This document shows positions 35,801 to 50,700 of a stretch of DNA of 64,000 nucleotides, in pieces. Within the stretch, counting starts at the first letter, position 1; every line of letters starts with the position of its first letter. The notes under the pieces were generated by a model. The model saw nothing but the letters and a program-made list of their open reading frames with translations. It had not been told where the DNA came from and ran no database searches. Source of the stretch: Bugula neritina (lineage: Eukaryota > Animalia > Bryozoa); assembly GCA_964035545.1 (NCBI GenBank), contig OZ037765.1, positions 24,179,504 to 24,243,503 of the forward strand. Reading direction: 5' to 3'. A program made the translations under genes and the position numbers.

Positions 35801-37448
35801 AAACTGTCCATGTATCACATCACCTACCATATTACTGTTGCAAGCTACTGGATGTGCTATTCTGCATATTATAGCCACTGGACAAGCATACCTTAAGAAG
35901 GCCTTCAATCTGTGCGGTGACGTCAAAACTACGGATGACCTGGCAGCTCTGAAAGGGTGGCTGACAGGTGCCTGGGGAAATATTGTCATGGTGGAGTACC
36001 CCTACCCTGCAGACTTCCTGCAACACTTGCCTGCGTGGCCTGTCAAAGTATGTGCTAATATCTAGGTCTAATGTATATATCTCTTTACTCAATTAGATTT
36101 TTGTAATGTGAAGGCAAGTCCACTTAGTTAAGCACCTCTACCGCCTATAAAGTGAGTTAGACTTTTACTATGGCTGCTTTGGTTTCTTTTATACCTGTAT
36201 ATAGTGTTTAGTAGTATAGTTTATTGTGATACAACAATAAAGCTTCTATTATAAATGATATTTCAGGGTGTGTGTGATATCCTGCAGCAGCCATATTGGG
36301 ATAATCCTTCTACTCTAGTAACTCAAATATCATTGGCTGCTCAGGCATTTTTCAACTACTCCAACAGCTTTAGTGGGAGCTGTTTCAACACGACTTCCGA
36401 ACCAGACAATCTGGGTGCTGATGTGGGCTGGGGCTTCCAGGTAAGTGTGTCAAGTATAAGAATAAGACTTCTTGAGAATAACGCCATGTACTTTTACTAG
36501 AGTTGCAACACCCAAATAAACTTTCTGGCCAATGGTTACATACTTTATAAGGTACAACCTATTAAAAATTGTTTTAAATTTTTCTTGACATTTAAAAAGC
36601 ACTATTTTGCTAAGCATACTTGGAGTATATTTCTAAATTTGAACTGTTGACATGTAACGTTGCTTATTGTATGCTAGGCTTGCAGTGAGATGATCATGCC
36701 AATGTGTGCCGACAACAAGAATGACATGTTTGAAGCCTCGGCCTGGGATCTCGCCTCCTACATCAAAGAATGTGCGAAAAATTATGGAATAGTCCCCAAA
36801 CCCAACTGGATCATGACCAACTTTCTCGGTGTGAATATTACCGGGGCAACTAATATTATATTTAGGTGAGCTGCATTAATGTGTATATAATTTATTGTAG
36901 CTTTGGTTCTCTCTTTACACAGAGTTGTGTGTTTCCTCCTTTTACATCTTGTCATTTTTAGAGTGTTTTTAAGAAGTAGCGGATGCAATAATCGGTGCAA
37001 TGATTCGCTTGCAATAAGCTATAATAATAATAATACTAATGATAATTTGAAGCTGTTCCTATCCACCTTAGTAGCTACAGGAAGTCCTCATCATGTCATA
37101 TTTTCATTATTTCAGAAATTCAACAAGTATACATTGCATGTTTTGTTTTCATCAAGAGATGCAATTACTTGCTGGTCATTGGCTAGAGATATCCAGATGT
37201 TTCTTGTTAGCTTTCCTGTAGTACTGTACTATTTCTGTAGCAATGGTCTTCTGGACCCCTGGCATGGCGGAGGGGTGCTGAGGAGTTACCCTGAGCAGAA
37301 CATCACTGCTATTATCATACCTAACGGTGCTCATCACTTAGACCTCAGAGGACATAATGCTGCTGACCCCGTGGATGTTATTGCTGCCAGAGATATGGAG
37401 ATCGGCATCATTACTCAGTGGATTGCTGACTATCAGAGAGAGCATTAA
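32896..37448 (+). CDS. PRCP: Lysosomal Pro-X carboxypeptidase (peptidase S28)
   Basis: Signal peptide; VDHFGF, GGPILFYCGNEGDI, VFAEHRYYGKSLPYG, YLTAEQALADYA, catalytic Ser in GGSYGGMLAAW, EYPYPADFLQHLPAWPVK, WGFQACSEMIMPMC, Asp in NGLLDPW, His in GAHHLDL. Nine exons, first 32896-33081, last 37241-37448. Confidence 0.95.
35319..35636. repeat. Minisatellite, 20-bp unit ACCTGCTTTATACTCTTCTT, about 16 copies, in a PRCP intron
   Basis: Direct tandem array with minor variants, starting about 10 nt after the exon 5 donor. Confidence 0.95.
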
Positions 37449-38372
37449 CTCTGTTCTTATTGTATCGACTGTATTGAATATTCCAGCTAGTCTCACTTGT
37501 CGTTGTATTTATATGGTTAGTTTTATGCATTTGAATAGCTATATGATTGATATACATAAATATTTATATGATTTATTTTCACTGTTTCTATAAGATACTC
37601 CAGGTTCATAATAATTTCAATTTAGATGCTGCTTCTGTTATGCACTCTTCATATTCCAACTTTATAATTCATTCAATATATAATGTACGTGTGTAAGTTT
37701 TTAATATAGTCATTAAGATTTTTTTAATATAGCTGTACTAAATTTATACTCCAAGATTTAATTTTTTTAAATTTTTGCTTGAGTACATTTTATTATTGAC
37801 AGTAATAACATGCAAATATACTCCAACTGAGATATATTTATGCTATTTTTTACTTCATTGGATTTTTGTAAAGGAAATAGCACAATAACATTACTCCAAG
37901 TAGAAAAATATGTTTATACAGTATGCAACTGTTAATATTGACCACAATACTAATGGCTGCAGGCAAAAGACACAATATATACAGTTATCCAATATATAGT
38001 ATTTATATTTAGGAGGCTGTTTTGTACAGATTTTACACACCAAATAGGTTTTAGTCGTTTACTTATCTTACAGGCATGCGCTGTTGAGCCATAGCTAATG
38101 AATGTGATTGTAATAGGAGCCAATTGCAGCATTGGACTTGCTTTTCACACAAGTCACCGTTGAATACCAATATGAGCAATCTATAAAATAACCTTGCAAA
38201 GGATTATGGGTACTATATTCTAGCTAGCTTTTTAACTTCAAATCTTTCTCCACACATCTGCATGATGAGTATCTTTTGAGGGTTAATTAATCTTATTTCT
38301 CTAAATCTGCTATAAGTGTTTATAGTCATCTAGAAGTGTGCTTTGCGTAGAGAGGTGTGTCTTGCAAATAGT

Positions 38373-41300
38373 CTAGCTGTTAATGTGCTTTAGCTTATCA
38401 GGAAAGTCATGTGGCTTATAGCTAGAAGTGCTTAGCCTAGGTTCCACCGTCAATGATTGCTGGTAAGTTTGTTCATCACTGAGAAGGCAACTCCTGTCTA
38501 GTAGGTAAGCACACACGTTGGCATTGTATTGGATTGTGTAGCTTTGTTGCTGGTATTGCTGAATCTCACCAATCACATTTGAGATCTAAATACACATCAA
38601 CATCATTGCAAAGTGTAATCAACACATCAATATAACTGCTGAGTGTAACACAAAATGCATTCAATTGAAATGTTTATGATATTAAAATTTGAATAGTTAT
38701 AGTTAGACGAAATTCAAAACAACGCAATATATTTATGCCGCTACAATTTTAATTACTCTTACACAAGTAAAACACTGGATCACTTTAAGCAAATTCATAA
38801 TAATATAGTTTTCATAATCGATTGAGCAGCTACGCTTTACATTCCTACCATTCTCATTTTGGAGTAGTTTACCAATCCATCCTCCACAAAGTCTGGTGCA
38901 CCTTCTTCAATGAAACTTAGATCTGACAAGTACATGCCTAGGTATGGTATTGCTGGACCATCACACCTGTCAATGTTGCCAACATGCTTAAAAATTTTTA
39001 ACAAATATCGATAATAGTGTTGAAAATTCAAGTGACTTAATTTGATAATGAGCCACCATGAGGTCTATAATATTTTTAAAAAAACATACACGGTGAACGT
39101 TAGAACACATATTACTTGCTAACTAAGAAAAGTTCCTAAGTCTACAATTTAGGGTTAAAGTTTTATGTTTAAGTTCAGTAACATTAAACTGTGCTTTTTT
39201 CTTTTAACTTACTTATGCAGTGCTTCTCTCATGTTCTTGAACCTTCCATCAGATGACACAATTTGCTGAAGCTTGGCAATAATCTGCTTGGTATGCTTTG
39301 AGATCTTCTCCCATGTTTTACTCAGTCTGTACACAGAGCTGTTGACAAATGCAGCATAGATCTGCAGTACTCCATTATAGTTCTGCATACAGTGCAGGAT
39401 ATCAGCAATGGCCGCCCACTTCTCTATACAAGTTACTCTGTCTTGAATGTTGGATCTGAGGACTATTTCTGTGACCACCAACTGACTGACCTGTTGTATG
39501 TATTACCACAGAATTACTGTGTGTGTGTGTGTGCGTGTGTGCGTGTGTGCGTGTGTTGTGTGTGTTGTGTGTGTTGTGTGTGTTGTGTGTGTTGTGTGTG
39601 TGTGTGTGTTGTGTGCGTGTTCATTTCATTTTTGACTTGCTGTACTGAAAGAACTTAGGTACTCGTACATTGTAAATATATTATTACTGCAAGATAACGC
39701 TGACAAAATGCACAATAGTTAACATTTGTGTTCCATAAGGCTCCTGTCACTTGCATACAGGTTAATTTTAATATATTTGAGTATAGAAGTGATAATTAAA
39801 AACTCGCGTAGTTGGCTAAGCACAATACTTGACAAGTAGAGTGTTTTTTGTTTCACCAGTCCAACATTTGCCCTAATATTCAAGTAGCGTGTAACTCAAA
39901 TTCATCAAGTCAAGAGTTGCTTAAATCAACTTTTTATAGCGAACTTTGTTTTTGGGCTTTTAAGGAATGTATTTTTTTAGTTATTCTAAAATCAGCATGG
40001 CAATGTATTGATACTTACTTCATTGAAACGCTGACTTGCTTGAATTACATGCGGAGCCTTAGAAGCTTTGTCTACTTTCATCCAAGCTTGTCCAAGTAGC
40101 TCTCTAATAGACAAAACTTAGTTCAACATTATTTTAATACGATATGAATTATCAAAAGGTAACATGCTGATAATGGCTGGGTTTGGACTTTTACAGTACC
40201 ATTTGATGTTGCAAACTCTATTAATAATTCTTTCATTATAATATAACGTGTAGCTATAGTATTGCGTGTGCAAGAATCTAGATATTTCACATGTTTACTT
40301 CCAGTAATTTTAAAGACTCACTCGCTGGATATCCCCATGATTATCTGATGGTCCAAATAAGTGATTTGCTCAGCAATGTCAAGGGCCGCAATCGATTCGA
40401 ATGTACCATGACTCATCAGTGGCTGTGTGGAGTGATTCAAAAATATTTTGAGGTTCTCTGCATCAACATACTCATCCAGTTCCTGTAACAAATAATGAGA
40501 ACAGAAATACAACACCTCAAAATAGGAAGGTATAGAAGTTATATAATCTTCATTTATCTCTCAATTATACTACTCAGTTTATTTCACTGGTGCAGCAAAA
40601 TATTCAGAATTGCTTTTGTAAAAAAAGAATTTGCAATATATGATATACATTATAATCGAGAAAAATGAGATAAAATTAAATTATAAAAATTTATTCAGAT
40701 AAAGATTTTCACCTTGGTTAAAGCTTTGAATATGTTGGCAGCTAGCTTCTGTTCGACTGGTACCAACTGTGAACTAATGATTAGGTCTTCTAGAAATTTC
40801 TTTGCACTTGCAGCTAAATTTGCATCTTGCTGAAAGCTCTTGAAAAGAAAACAATTCCAAATAATTATTGGAGTACCGTTACTGATTGCAAATAAAAGCA
40901 CTAATATACATAAAATACCTTTTAAAAAAAATTAATAGTGGTTACATCAATACATCAACACATCAACGCATCAATATTATATCATATAAATGGTGGGGGC
41001 AGCCGTGGTCTACGGGTTAGAGCGTTTGTCTAGTAAACACGAGGTCATGGGTTTGAGCCCGGACAAAGGCCATTGATGATGTTAGGAAGAGCATCCAGTC
41101 ATAATTGCTCCTCTGCCCCATCTGAATAAGTTCTTAGCCCGATTTAACAGAAACCCTTTCCATCAGGAGTTTTCTCCCAGGGATGGCAACTATAAACTTG
41201 CGCTATAGCATTTCGCTTAGCAGTGATTGGTTGGATGCATAGTACACCAGTTAGATGGTTGGCCGTAGACTATCTGTAGTTTGTACAGAACCTTACTTGA

Positions 41301-41683
41301 GGGTATTTAGACACCCAGTGTTTGAAGACATTCAATGCTCTCATTATGGCTGTTGATGTGCTGCTCACTGAACACTTGGCAGACGCTGAAGTAAAAATAA
41401 TAAACATTTGATTGGTTAGAGAAAAGTTTGTTACAAATATTCTGGAAATAATATAACATGTTGATCATTAGAAATATTACAAGAATAAAACCTAAATAAG
41501 GTTTATTTAACTGCTATTACTTCTTTCTAGCATCTAATACAGTGTGTTGAGTGTGTGTTGAGTGTGTGTTGAGTGTGTGTTGAGTGTGTGTTGAGTGTGT
41601 GTTGAGTGTGTGTTGAGTGTGTGTTGAGTGTGTGTTGAGTGTGTGTTGAGTGTGTGTTGAGTGTGTGTTGAGTGTGTGTGTGT

Positions 41684-41734
<51 letters not shown>

Positions 41735-44700
41735 TGTGTGTGTGTGTGTGTGTGTGTCTGTGTGTATGTATATACTATACAGTATATACATAACAGTACT
41801 TACGTGCAGAGCCAACAGAAGGATGTTTAATATACATGGCAGCAGCTGATGCCCCAGCAGTGGCAGCAGCAAAAGCTGAGGTAGCTGCCGATGAGCTGCA
41901 CCTATAAGCAACAGTAGCAGATGATGAGGTGCTAAACAGTAGGCAGCACGGAACATTTGTAGATCAAAACTTATAATACTTTTCAAATATGATCGTTGAG
42001 GCAATTTACTCAATATCATGTCAGTTCAATAAAAGAATGAAAGAGAAGGAATCATATTCACCTCTGGATTTTGCCATCTTGTCTGAGCAAATGATAAATG
42101 TCAGATAAAATGACTTGCGGCTGTATACATTTAATATAAGTGCTAATAATCTTGTAAAATTTAGAGTTAAATTATGTGAGTTTATAGCATAACTCATTGT
42201 GTAGCCAAGCCTAAATTATTGGTAAAATATTTACAATATTTATAGCAAAGCTAAAAATTAATTGAAACTAAACCTATCAGCTGTAAATGTATTTGTTAGA
42301 ATATATTATTTCAAAGAAGTCTCTTTCATAGAAATGAAAGTTTAAGTTTTGTGGTTTCTCCATCTTACACTTTAGGGCTCAGATAAATCCCATGATTGTG
42401 GTGAAACTATTTACTGACTTAAGTAACTAGCTATAAACATCAACCAAATGTTACGTAGAAAATAATCAGAAACTCAATTAATATCATCATAATATATGTA
42501 CAATAAGAATGTAATAGTTAGCTAGTAGCAGCCAAAGTTTTCAGCCGAAGCATGACATTTTGTTAGCTTGTTCTAGAATCCACATTACTTTTAATATCAA
42601 CACGCGTTGAAGCAACTACACTTGAAATTTGATGCTTTCTAAAAATTATTATTTCAACTTTAAAAAATATTTTCTAATATGTTTTTAATGGTTATTAATA
42701 CAATTTCTAATCTACAGTATTAGAAGAAGTTTAACGGATTTAGAAAGAAACTTTCTAAAACTATAATACGACAATGATTATATTTATGGATAGTATGCCA
42801 TATTAAGATTAATTTAAATGTACAGAAAGCAAACATAAAACTGTTGCAATGTTTTTTTCATCTTTTCAACTGAAATACCCACCAAATTTTAATTTTGAAA
42901 TTGCATGCAGTATACCAAATAGTATATGTATTCAATGGGGATTAAATCCACACATCAAAACATAGATTCACAGCTAAATTTACCTTCGCCAAAATTGTCT
43001 GTCTGTATTCATTGAATATGACCTGATTGATACCATAGTACCATGAAGTGGACACAAATCCTAATACAAATTATATGTAATGAACCTCCATTAGGCTAGC
43101 TAGCTGAGGGGTAAAACTATGATCTATTTAAAAGTCCTTTTGGGTTTCCTGTGGTTAGGGGGATTTTAAAGCGTCATACAAGCACAAGCGGAAGGAGAAA
43201 ATTGAATGACAAATCATTTCCAATTTTAATACGTTTGAAATAGTATTGCATTTACCTGCGCCGTGATATCCTAGAAGATGTGATAATACCTCCCATTTGA
43301 GCATGACTCTCTACGTTCTTGTGTGCAGAAGGTATCAATGGTCGAGCTACATTTACAGATCACATGAATACATGTATTGCAAATGATTTTTGAGAAACAT
43401 ATGCCTCACAGAAGTTTTCAACTTACATTCTTTGTAGTTAAATAAGAAATTGGCTAAAATTTTAATTGTATGAATCTTCTTAAAGAAGTATTTATAGCAA
43501 TGCATGTGAGAGAACTTGCAAAAAGTAAAGCATATTTTAGCAGCACATTCAAGTAAACTATAACTATAACACTTTTATAATTAAATGTGATAACATATAG
43601 ATCTATAATAATATATAGAGAGTTGGAACTGGTAGATAATTTTAACTGATGTGCATATATCCAGTACTAGCACTAAAATTACTGGGATTGTATCTCATAA
43701 ACTAAAAACAAACTAATAGTGTCTCACTAGGGCACATAAAAACCAAATTTGGAAAATTAACACAAACTGTGCTGAAAACTAAATTTTCTTCTGTTGTTTT
43801 CATATCACTGCTAGTCTTAAACCTTGTCACTTCAGTAAATTGAATTTTTTTTCAATAAATTGATAATAATTGCATCAGTGAATTGCCATTTTGAATTTAC
43901 AAAGATTTGACAGAAAACTTACGAGAGGAAATACGTGGTGACATAGGTAACTTTGTGGTGGGAGATATAGAGGTCGGTGATTTTACATCACTATTCTTAG
44001 TTGTAGAACTACATTTAGAGATCTTGTTACTGTTTTCATCTAACTTGTTGTCTGCTATAAAGACAGTATCTTCCGGAATTGTTTCAGTGTTCGTTTGAGC
44101 AGTGATCAACGCTTGCTCACCGCTCTCCAGGTCTGATAGAGGTGCAACACTGGATCGAATCTGCAACTGTATCAAGTTTATGATAGTTACAGCTGAAAGA
44201 AAAGAACTTCTACTGTTAGAGTTGTTTTCTCTTTTTATAGGAGCGACTCTTAGTTCTGGCACACCACTTGTCGCGTGATAGCAGAGCAATCTGCATCTCG
44301 ACATCTATTAGATGCAGACATTGAAATATAATCAATTCATTGAGTGTATAGATTTTCATTCAAGTTAGGTTTTTAACTTTTTGTCTCAAGTTGGAAGGAT
44401 CTGCATGTTCAACTTTACCAGCACACAACCTCACAGGCTAGAGACACCCATTAAAATTAACACTACTTGAAAAAGCTGCAAGTCTGCCTCTATCACAAAG
44501 AGGATTGTATTAAACAAATAATCCTTTGTTTATTTGCTGATCAACAGAGTTACCATTTTCTTTATTTGCAAAAAACTAATTGATGCCAGGCTTAAGTTCA
44601 ATTCATAACCAAATATTACTGACTAAATAAATGCTAATGTATTTTATACGTTGTCTAAATAATTCTGGACATTGCTGTGGCTGGGGTCGTAAGTATTCAG

Positions 44701-47700
44701 AAACTTAGAGAAGAATCAAACTACCAGGTACTATATAATATTATATACTCACAATTTTGGATGATACACATTTTATTAAGACGCATGCTTAAATATATGT
44801 ACCTAGTATATCACAAGGTTTATTGTTCATTACATTCTTACTAATACTATTTTAATACTCGGGCAAAATTTTCTTCTATACATTTTAGTATTTTTGCTTA
44901 AAAAAAGTTCAAAGAGTTTGCAAAGTATTCAATTATATAATCAAATTGTATGTCTGCTGTGGCATTTTCAAATTTCACGTACCTTGGGGCAGAAAGAGAG
45001 TATTAGCACACACATATACCTCTAGATACGTGTTTGGCTATATACTAGTTATTCAAAATAGCTTATTTTTGTAACCAACACAGAATTAAACTGCAAAAAG
45101 AAAGTAAACAACCTACCTACTAACTTGAGGGCAGGGTGACTTAATAATCATAATTATTTGCATCAATCTATAAACCTATACAACTGCATAAGTTTGTTTC
45201 GACTTATTTCCAAAATGTTGGTGAACAATAGTTTACAGAATACTTCAAATATGGCTAAAAAGTATAGCCAAATAATATTCTCTAAAATTCATCGATTGTT
45301 AAATGCTCTGTACAAATATCTGCAAACTGCATCTGTTAGCAAATAATAAATAAATTGCTAATATAATGACCATCTTGTGTTTTTCAACTACTTATTTTAA
45401 AGTAGCAGGCAAAAAATACCATAACAAACTAGTTTAACTCAGCTTAAAGTTCATGCCGTTATAACACCAAACTACATTTTCTGCATTGCATGATTGATTC
45501 ACAATTACATTTTAAAATACAAAGTGAATACCTTCCGATTCTCAGCATTATTGTTAGGTGGTGACTCTGTGCTTGCAGAAGATAGTGATGCAGATTCGTG
45601 TATAGAGTCCAGTAAACCCCTTTTCAATTTTTCTGAAAAAAAATTACATAATATTAGTCATGTTGGTTGTTGTGCTCTGAGTAGCAATGTCGGTTGCATA
45701 GCCATTCACTGAGTCACCAAAAAACAACGTTTTATATTACTAGCCAGAAGCTTTATGGAAGCAACATATAAGTTATGTGAAATAATAATTATATTTTTTT
45801 AAAAAATTGCAGTGAAGACTGCAGAATAAAGGTTGTGCTTTTTATCTACACTCTGAACACTTGAATTAAAAAATTCTATTAATTGGCAAAAATATTGTTT
45901 CTTGCATACAATTGTCATAGTTATAGCCTAACTTAGTAATTTAAAAAAATACATTTATAATTGAACCTTTGAAATTTCTGTTCATAGAGTACAAAGTAGT
46001 AGATTCTTTGTCTACATCATCATCTTGTGTTCTGTAAATAGAAATTACTATCATGGTTATTATTTGAGATAAAATGGTGAGCAACGTGTATAATTATTTG
46101 GCACTATCAAATTAGTAAATGCTTATCCCTGTCATATTTACATAAAAAACAACAGACAAAGTAAGATAAAATGCATACAACTTACAAGCTATTTTCTTCA
46201 TGCTCTCTTGCTAAGCATGCTTTCCTTACAGTCATACGGAGGGAGTTGATCACAGTCTCGTTGTCAGTAAACACTTTGTAAGTAAGAAGGAAGCTATTCA
46301 GAAAGTCAACACTCAAAAACCTCAGGTCTGTCAGCCTTTCCAGTAGCTTCTCTACAGTTGCATGTCTTATCTGCAAAATTGAGAATATAAAGTTTGCCAA
46401 CGCACTGCTGATATGCAGAAAGTATATATTAGACACTGAATGAAACTTTTTGTCCTCTTTAACATTTGTGCAGTTGATGCCATCTTTTGCAAGCCGGTTT
46501 TGGCTACATGAAAGAACTCTTCATTTTCGCATCATTGATTTGCTTATAATAATATAAGAAACTCTTGTAATTATTTTGCTTGGCATACTATACAGTCATG
46601 TCAACTGTGTGAAAGCAATATAAAAATAGCATAAAATAATAATTACAACTTTTTAAAAATAGTATAGTATAACATTAGTATAACTCTTCAGTTCTATATT
46701 CTACATTCAGAGTGTCACTTGTTGGTGGAAAAGTTTATACTCAACTCTGAATACTAATAAATGTTTTAGCTTTGTATTTATATAAAGTAAAGCTTTGCAA
46801 CATGTGATAGCATACACAAGAAAGTACACCAAAGCAGAAGTAAATACATAGACAAAAAGGATAGTATTCATAGACATACTAAAACTATACAATGTCGTAT
46901 CTATAGTAAAGAAGTATCACTCAGTTTTATAAAAGATTATTTTCGTAAATAAAATAATTATATGAAATAGTCAGTTGAAAAACTACTAACCTGTGGTATC
47001 TTACACGAGTTCTTCACAGTTCGGCAATATTTGACAGACTTATCATCTTTGAACACCTTGTGGTCTACCCTACACAGTAAAACTACAGCATGAGTACAGG
47101 CCTATAGCTAGTTGTAACAATTGGACCAACAAGTTTAAACATTATATAAATAATAGTAAGGCATAGGTAAAACGAAATAGTTGATAGCACAAGATGCAAA
47201 TGATAGCTTACCTGACCGATTGTGGTAAACTGCCAGAACTAAAATCATTTGTTGTGTTTTCAGTGTAATGCAGGTTCTCCATGCACTACAATATAGCACA
47301 CATTTCACTAACTATATATATATATCTTGTCAGGCATCACATTACTACACGCTGCATTTAAAATAACTTATCATAGACTACTTTCACTTGGAGCCCCACC
47401 GTACTGACCACATAGTCTAAAAGCATTGCTTCCCCTACAGCTAACCAACATAACCTACAGGATATCTAAATGTTACTGATTAAAATAAAAACTGGAGTTA
47501 ATCTCCCAGGTAAGTAAAAACATACTAACTCACCAAACCTTGTACAAAAGGCTATGAGTTTAAATAAAAGTTGTATAGGATCATGATATAATACCCTTTG
47601 CTTATGTTAATATTTTTGTTTCTTTTTGTTTTGCAGTACAAAATCTCTATTTCATCAGCAATGGATTTCATTATTGAAATTTTTTTTTATTATCATCAGA

Positions 47701-50700
47701 TACATATTATAAACTGCTACACATTATGTAAACTTTTTCACCTAACAAAAAAGACTTGTAATAAAAAGTGCTTCAAGCAGCTTTATTTACATAAAATAAT
47801 TGTGTTTTATTTCTGAGAAAACTTTCCTTAAATTCAGAAGATTTAAAATTATTCAAAGTAATTCACTGACTCTCTAAGAGCTCTAGTTGATCACATACTG
47901 AAATACATGTATAAGAGTATTGTGTATACAGGTTAAATTAAAAAAAGTGGTTGGATAAATAGTCATGACATACTGCTTCTAAAAAACTGCGGAGAACTAA
48001 GTTGAAAATACTTCAATAGTTGAATAACCAGCTGTACACACCTGACTAATATCACTGCACCAAGAAGATTTCTCTTGCAGGGATGAAGCCACGAATGTAA
48101 GAGATACGGCTGGCACATCTTTATCCTTGGAATGCACAATTATTCTAAAGTCAAATCGATTGCACCAACCATTCTGTGAGGCAATAGAATTTCCTGTGAT
48201 GGAAATGGGTCACATATATAAAGCAACTGAGCTGTTAATGGCAATGAATGTTTCTTGCTAAGATTTAATATGAGTGCAGGATTTCAGGGTGATTAGTTTG
48301 TATGGCAAATGATTGTTAAATGAGAAGTAGTTAGATTTTAAAATAGATTTGAAGTGTTGCTAATTCTCATTTTCTCTAATTTTCTAAACTTGGACAAAGG
48401 TTTTTGCTTGTAGCATATAAGAACAATTGATTGCTATAAGTTAATATTTTGAAAGCAATTGAAAGGATTCAGAGTATCTTCAAAAGATATTTTAAGAACA
48501 TAAAGTTATTTTGGAACTTTTCATAACACTAATTTCTCGAAGACATCAATTTGAGCAGCTTACCTTCCTCCTCACAAGTGTTGGCGTCAAAACAGGTATC
48601 CTCAATTAGTGTGCACTGTGCTAAAGGAATCTTCCCATAATTCTGCAATTTAAATCTAATACTGTGAACATTAGTGCTCAAAAAAGTAGTTGGTTTATGT
48701 TAATATGTAGGCTATAAGTATAATAGGAAATCTCAACTTTAAAATTAAGTTACGTATAATAGTTGTTTATCGTTTACATGTAATATGTTAAGCCTGCACA
48801 AGACAATATCTAATCCTAAACTCGTATCTATAGCTTGTCATCAATCATAATCTATCTGTATTTTTGCAAAGCCATTTTACTATTTTATATAGAAACAAAT
48901 TTAGTGAAAATAGTGTTATCAGCTATGTTTTATTAAAATAATTTGAAAATCTACAACTTAATTTTTAAAGATGTTAAACATATCAGAAGAATATGTATTT
49001 TAGAAGACTTCTAAATATTGAAACAATTAATTTAATATTCAGCTGAAATATTTTCAACACATCAAGTTTGTGTAAGTATAAGCAAGCCTGCAGAAATGTA
49101 TCAACATATATAACTCTTGTAACTTTAATTTATGTAAATATCTCCCACATAGGCTAGATGTATGTATGTGGGTGAAAATTATAAAAAAAACTTATCATGT
49201 AGTGAACTAACTGAAACATCCCTCAATAATATATTGTAACTTGATAAAAGATGCGTTTATGAACACTTACCTTAGCTAAATGAAGACGGCCATTGGATGC
49301 TCTGTTAGTTATCAGCAAATGATGAGTGAAAAGAAACACTTTCCTCGGTATTTCTTTATCCTTGAATGTGGAACTGAGGTTTGAGAGCTTCAAGCCTCCA
49401 TATTTAGACTTGTCACTCGTCAACTGCAGCAAAGTTCCTGTAAAACAGTAGCAAACAACAGGAAGTATAATCTGTCCTGCTTTGGAAATATCTTTAACTG
49501 ACTTTGTTAATGTAAAAGTTATGTGAAATTTGTAGAATACATACATATTAGTTTAGTCAGCAGGCTGTAATGTTTTGGTTTTTTTTGCAGATTTTAATAA
49601 TTTCTAGAAAAATAAACATTTCAAAATTTGGATTTTATTATGCCCATTTTTAGTGACTAATACTATAACGCATTTTACCATTAATCAATGGCTAAGTTGG
49701 TCAACTAAGCGTATGTGTATGTTATTGAACATTTAACATTTTAAATTAAGTTATAGTATAAAATATGAAGTAAATAAAGCATTTCTCTTTTTATAATTTA
49801 TAAATGATAATAATTATTTTTCAAATAGTCCGTCACTACTCATGAATGTGATTTATTACACCAACAGTACAAGATTATTGCTGATGTTATATATTACGAT
49901 TCCAATTTAAACACAAACCATTATATAAAGTTTATGCGGCATTACTGCAACGCCATGAAATATCATCACAAAATATAATTTATATACTAACATTTACACC
50001 TGAATAACCAAGAGAACACTTTGGAATATGCATAAAGTTTAAAATAATACAGCATAGTGAAACACTCTTATAGTAGCTGACAAAACAAACTATTTGCAAA
50101 TCATGAACAACTAACCTTGCCTGACAAACACCTGAGAAGTGTCTAGAAGAATGTCACATCCTTCTGTTATCATTCGCTCTATTGCTAAGTTCTTCCTTAT
50201 GTTCTCAGTCTCACTAACTTCATCATGCATTATCTAGATCAGTGAACAAAGCATATAACTGTATGGGCATAAATATTTTTACGACATTTATACAAATTAA
50301 ATTTGCTTAAAAATGAAAATTGCATTGTGACTATGAACTATCAGCTTTTATAGGGGTTCAGTTAGGAAAAGTTTTCCCATTTGTATAGTTAGCCTTTTAA
50401 GAACTGCAAAGACTTTCCCCATGCCACTCAATGTAATAGCAAGTTTTTTCAATAACAAACATACATATTATATAACTCATCATATAATTATATAATATAT
50501 TTGACTTTCAGCTATCTGATTCAGTAGTTATTAAGGCCAAAATATTCACACAACTTGTTAAAATTATTGCAATTATAGTGTCAAGTTTTAAGGGCTTTTA
50601 AAGAGCGAGACATCATTTTTAAATATTCATCACAAACAACTTCCTTACTGGCTACAATTGAAAAACTAGTTTAATGTTTAACATAGACCCTGGCCATCAT

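Noticed and set aside
40996-41070. tRNA-Thr gene
   Set aside because: No proper acceptor stem, continues into a shared non-tRNA body, and diverged copies are dispersed, so it is a SINE head.
41534-42019. 161-aa ORF rich in HTHT and its antisense CVCV ORF (likewise 39392-39658 and 54873-55082)
   Set aside because: Translations of microsatellites; the real RasGRF exon here is in another frame.
43118-43178. Pre-miRNA-like hairpin in a RasGRF intron
   Set aside because: Stem depends on many G-U pairs and AT runs, folds better antisense to the host gene, and has no recognisable seed family.
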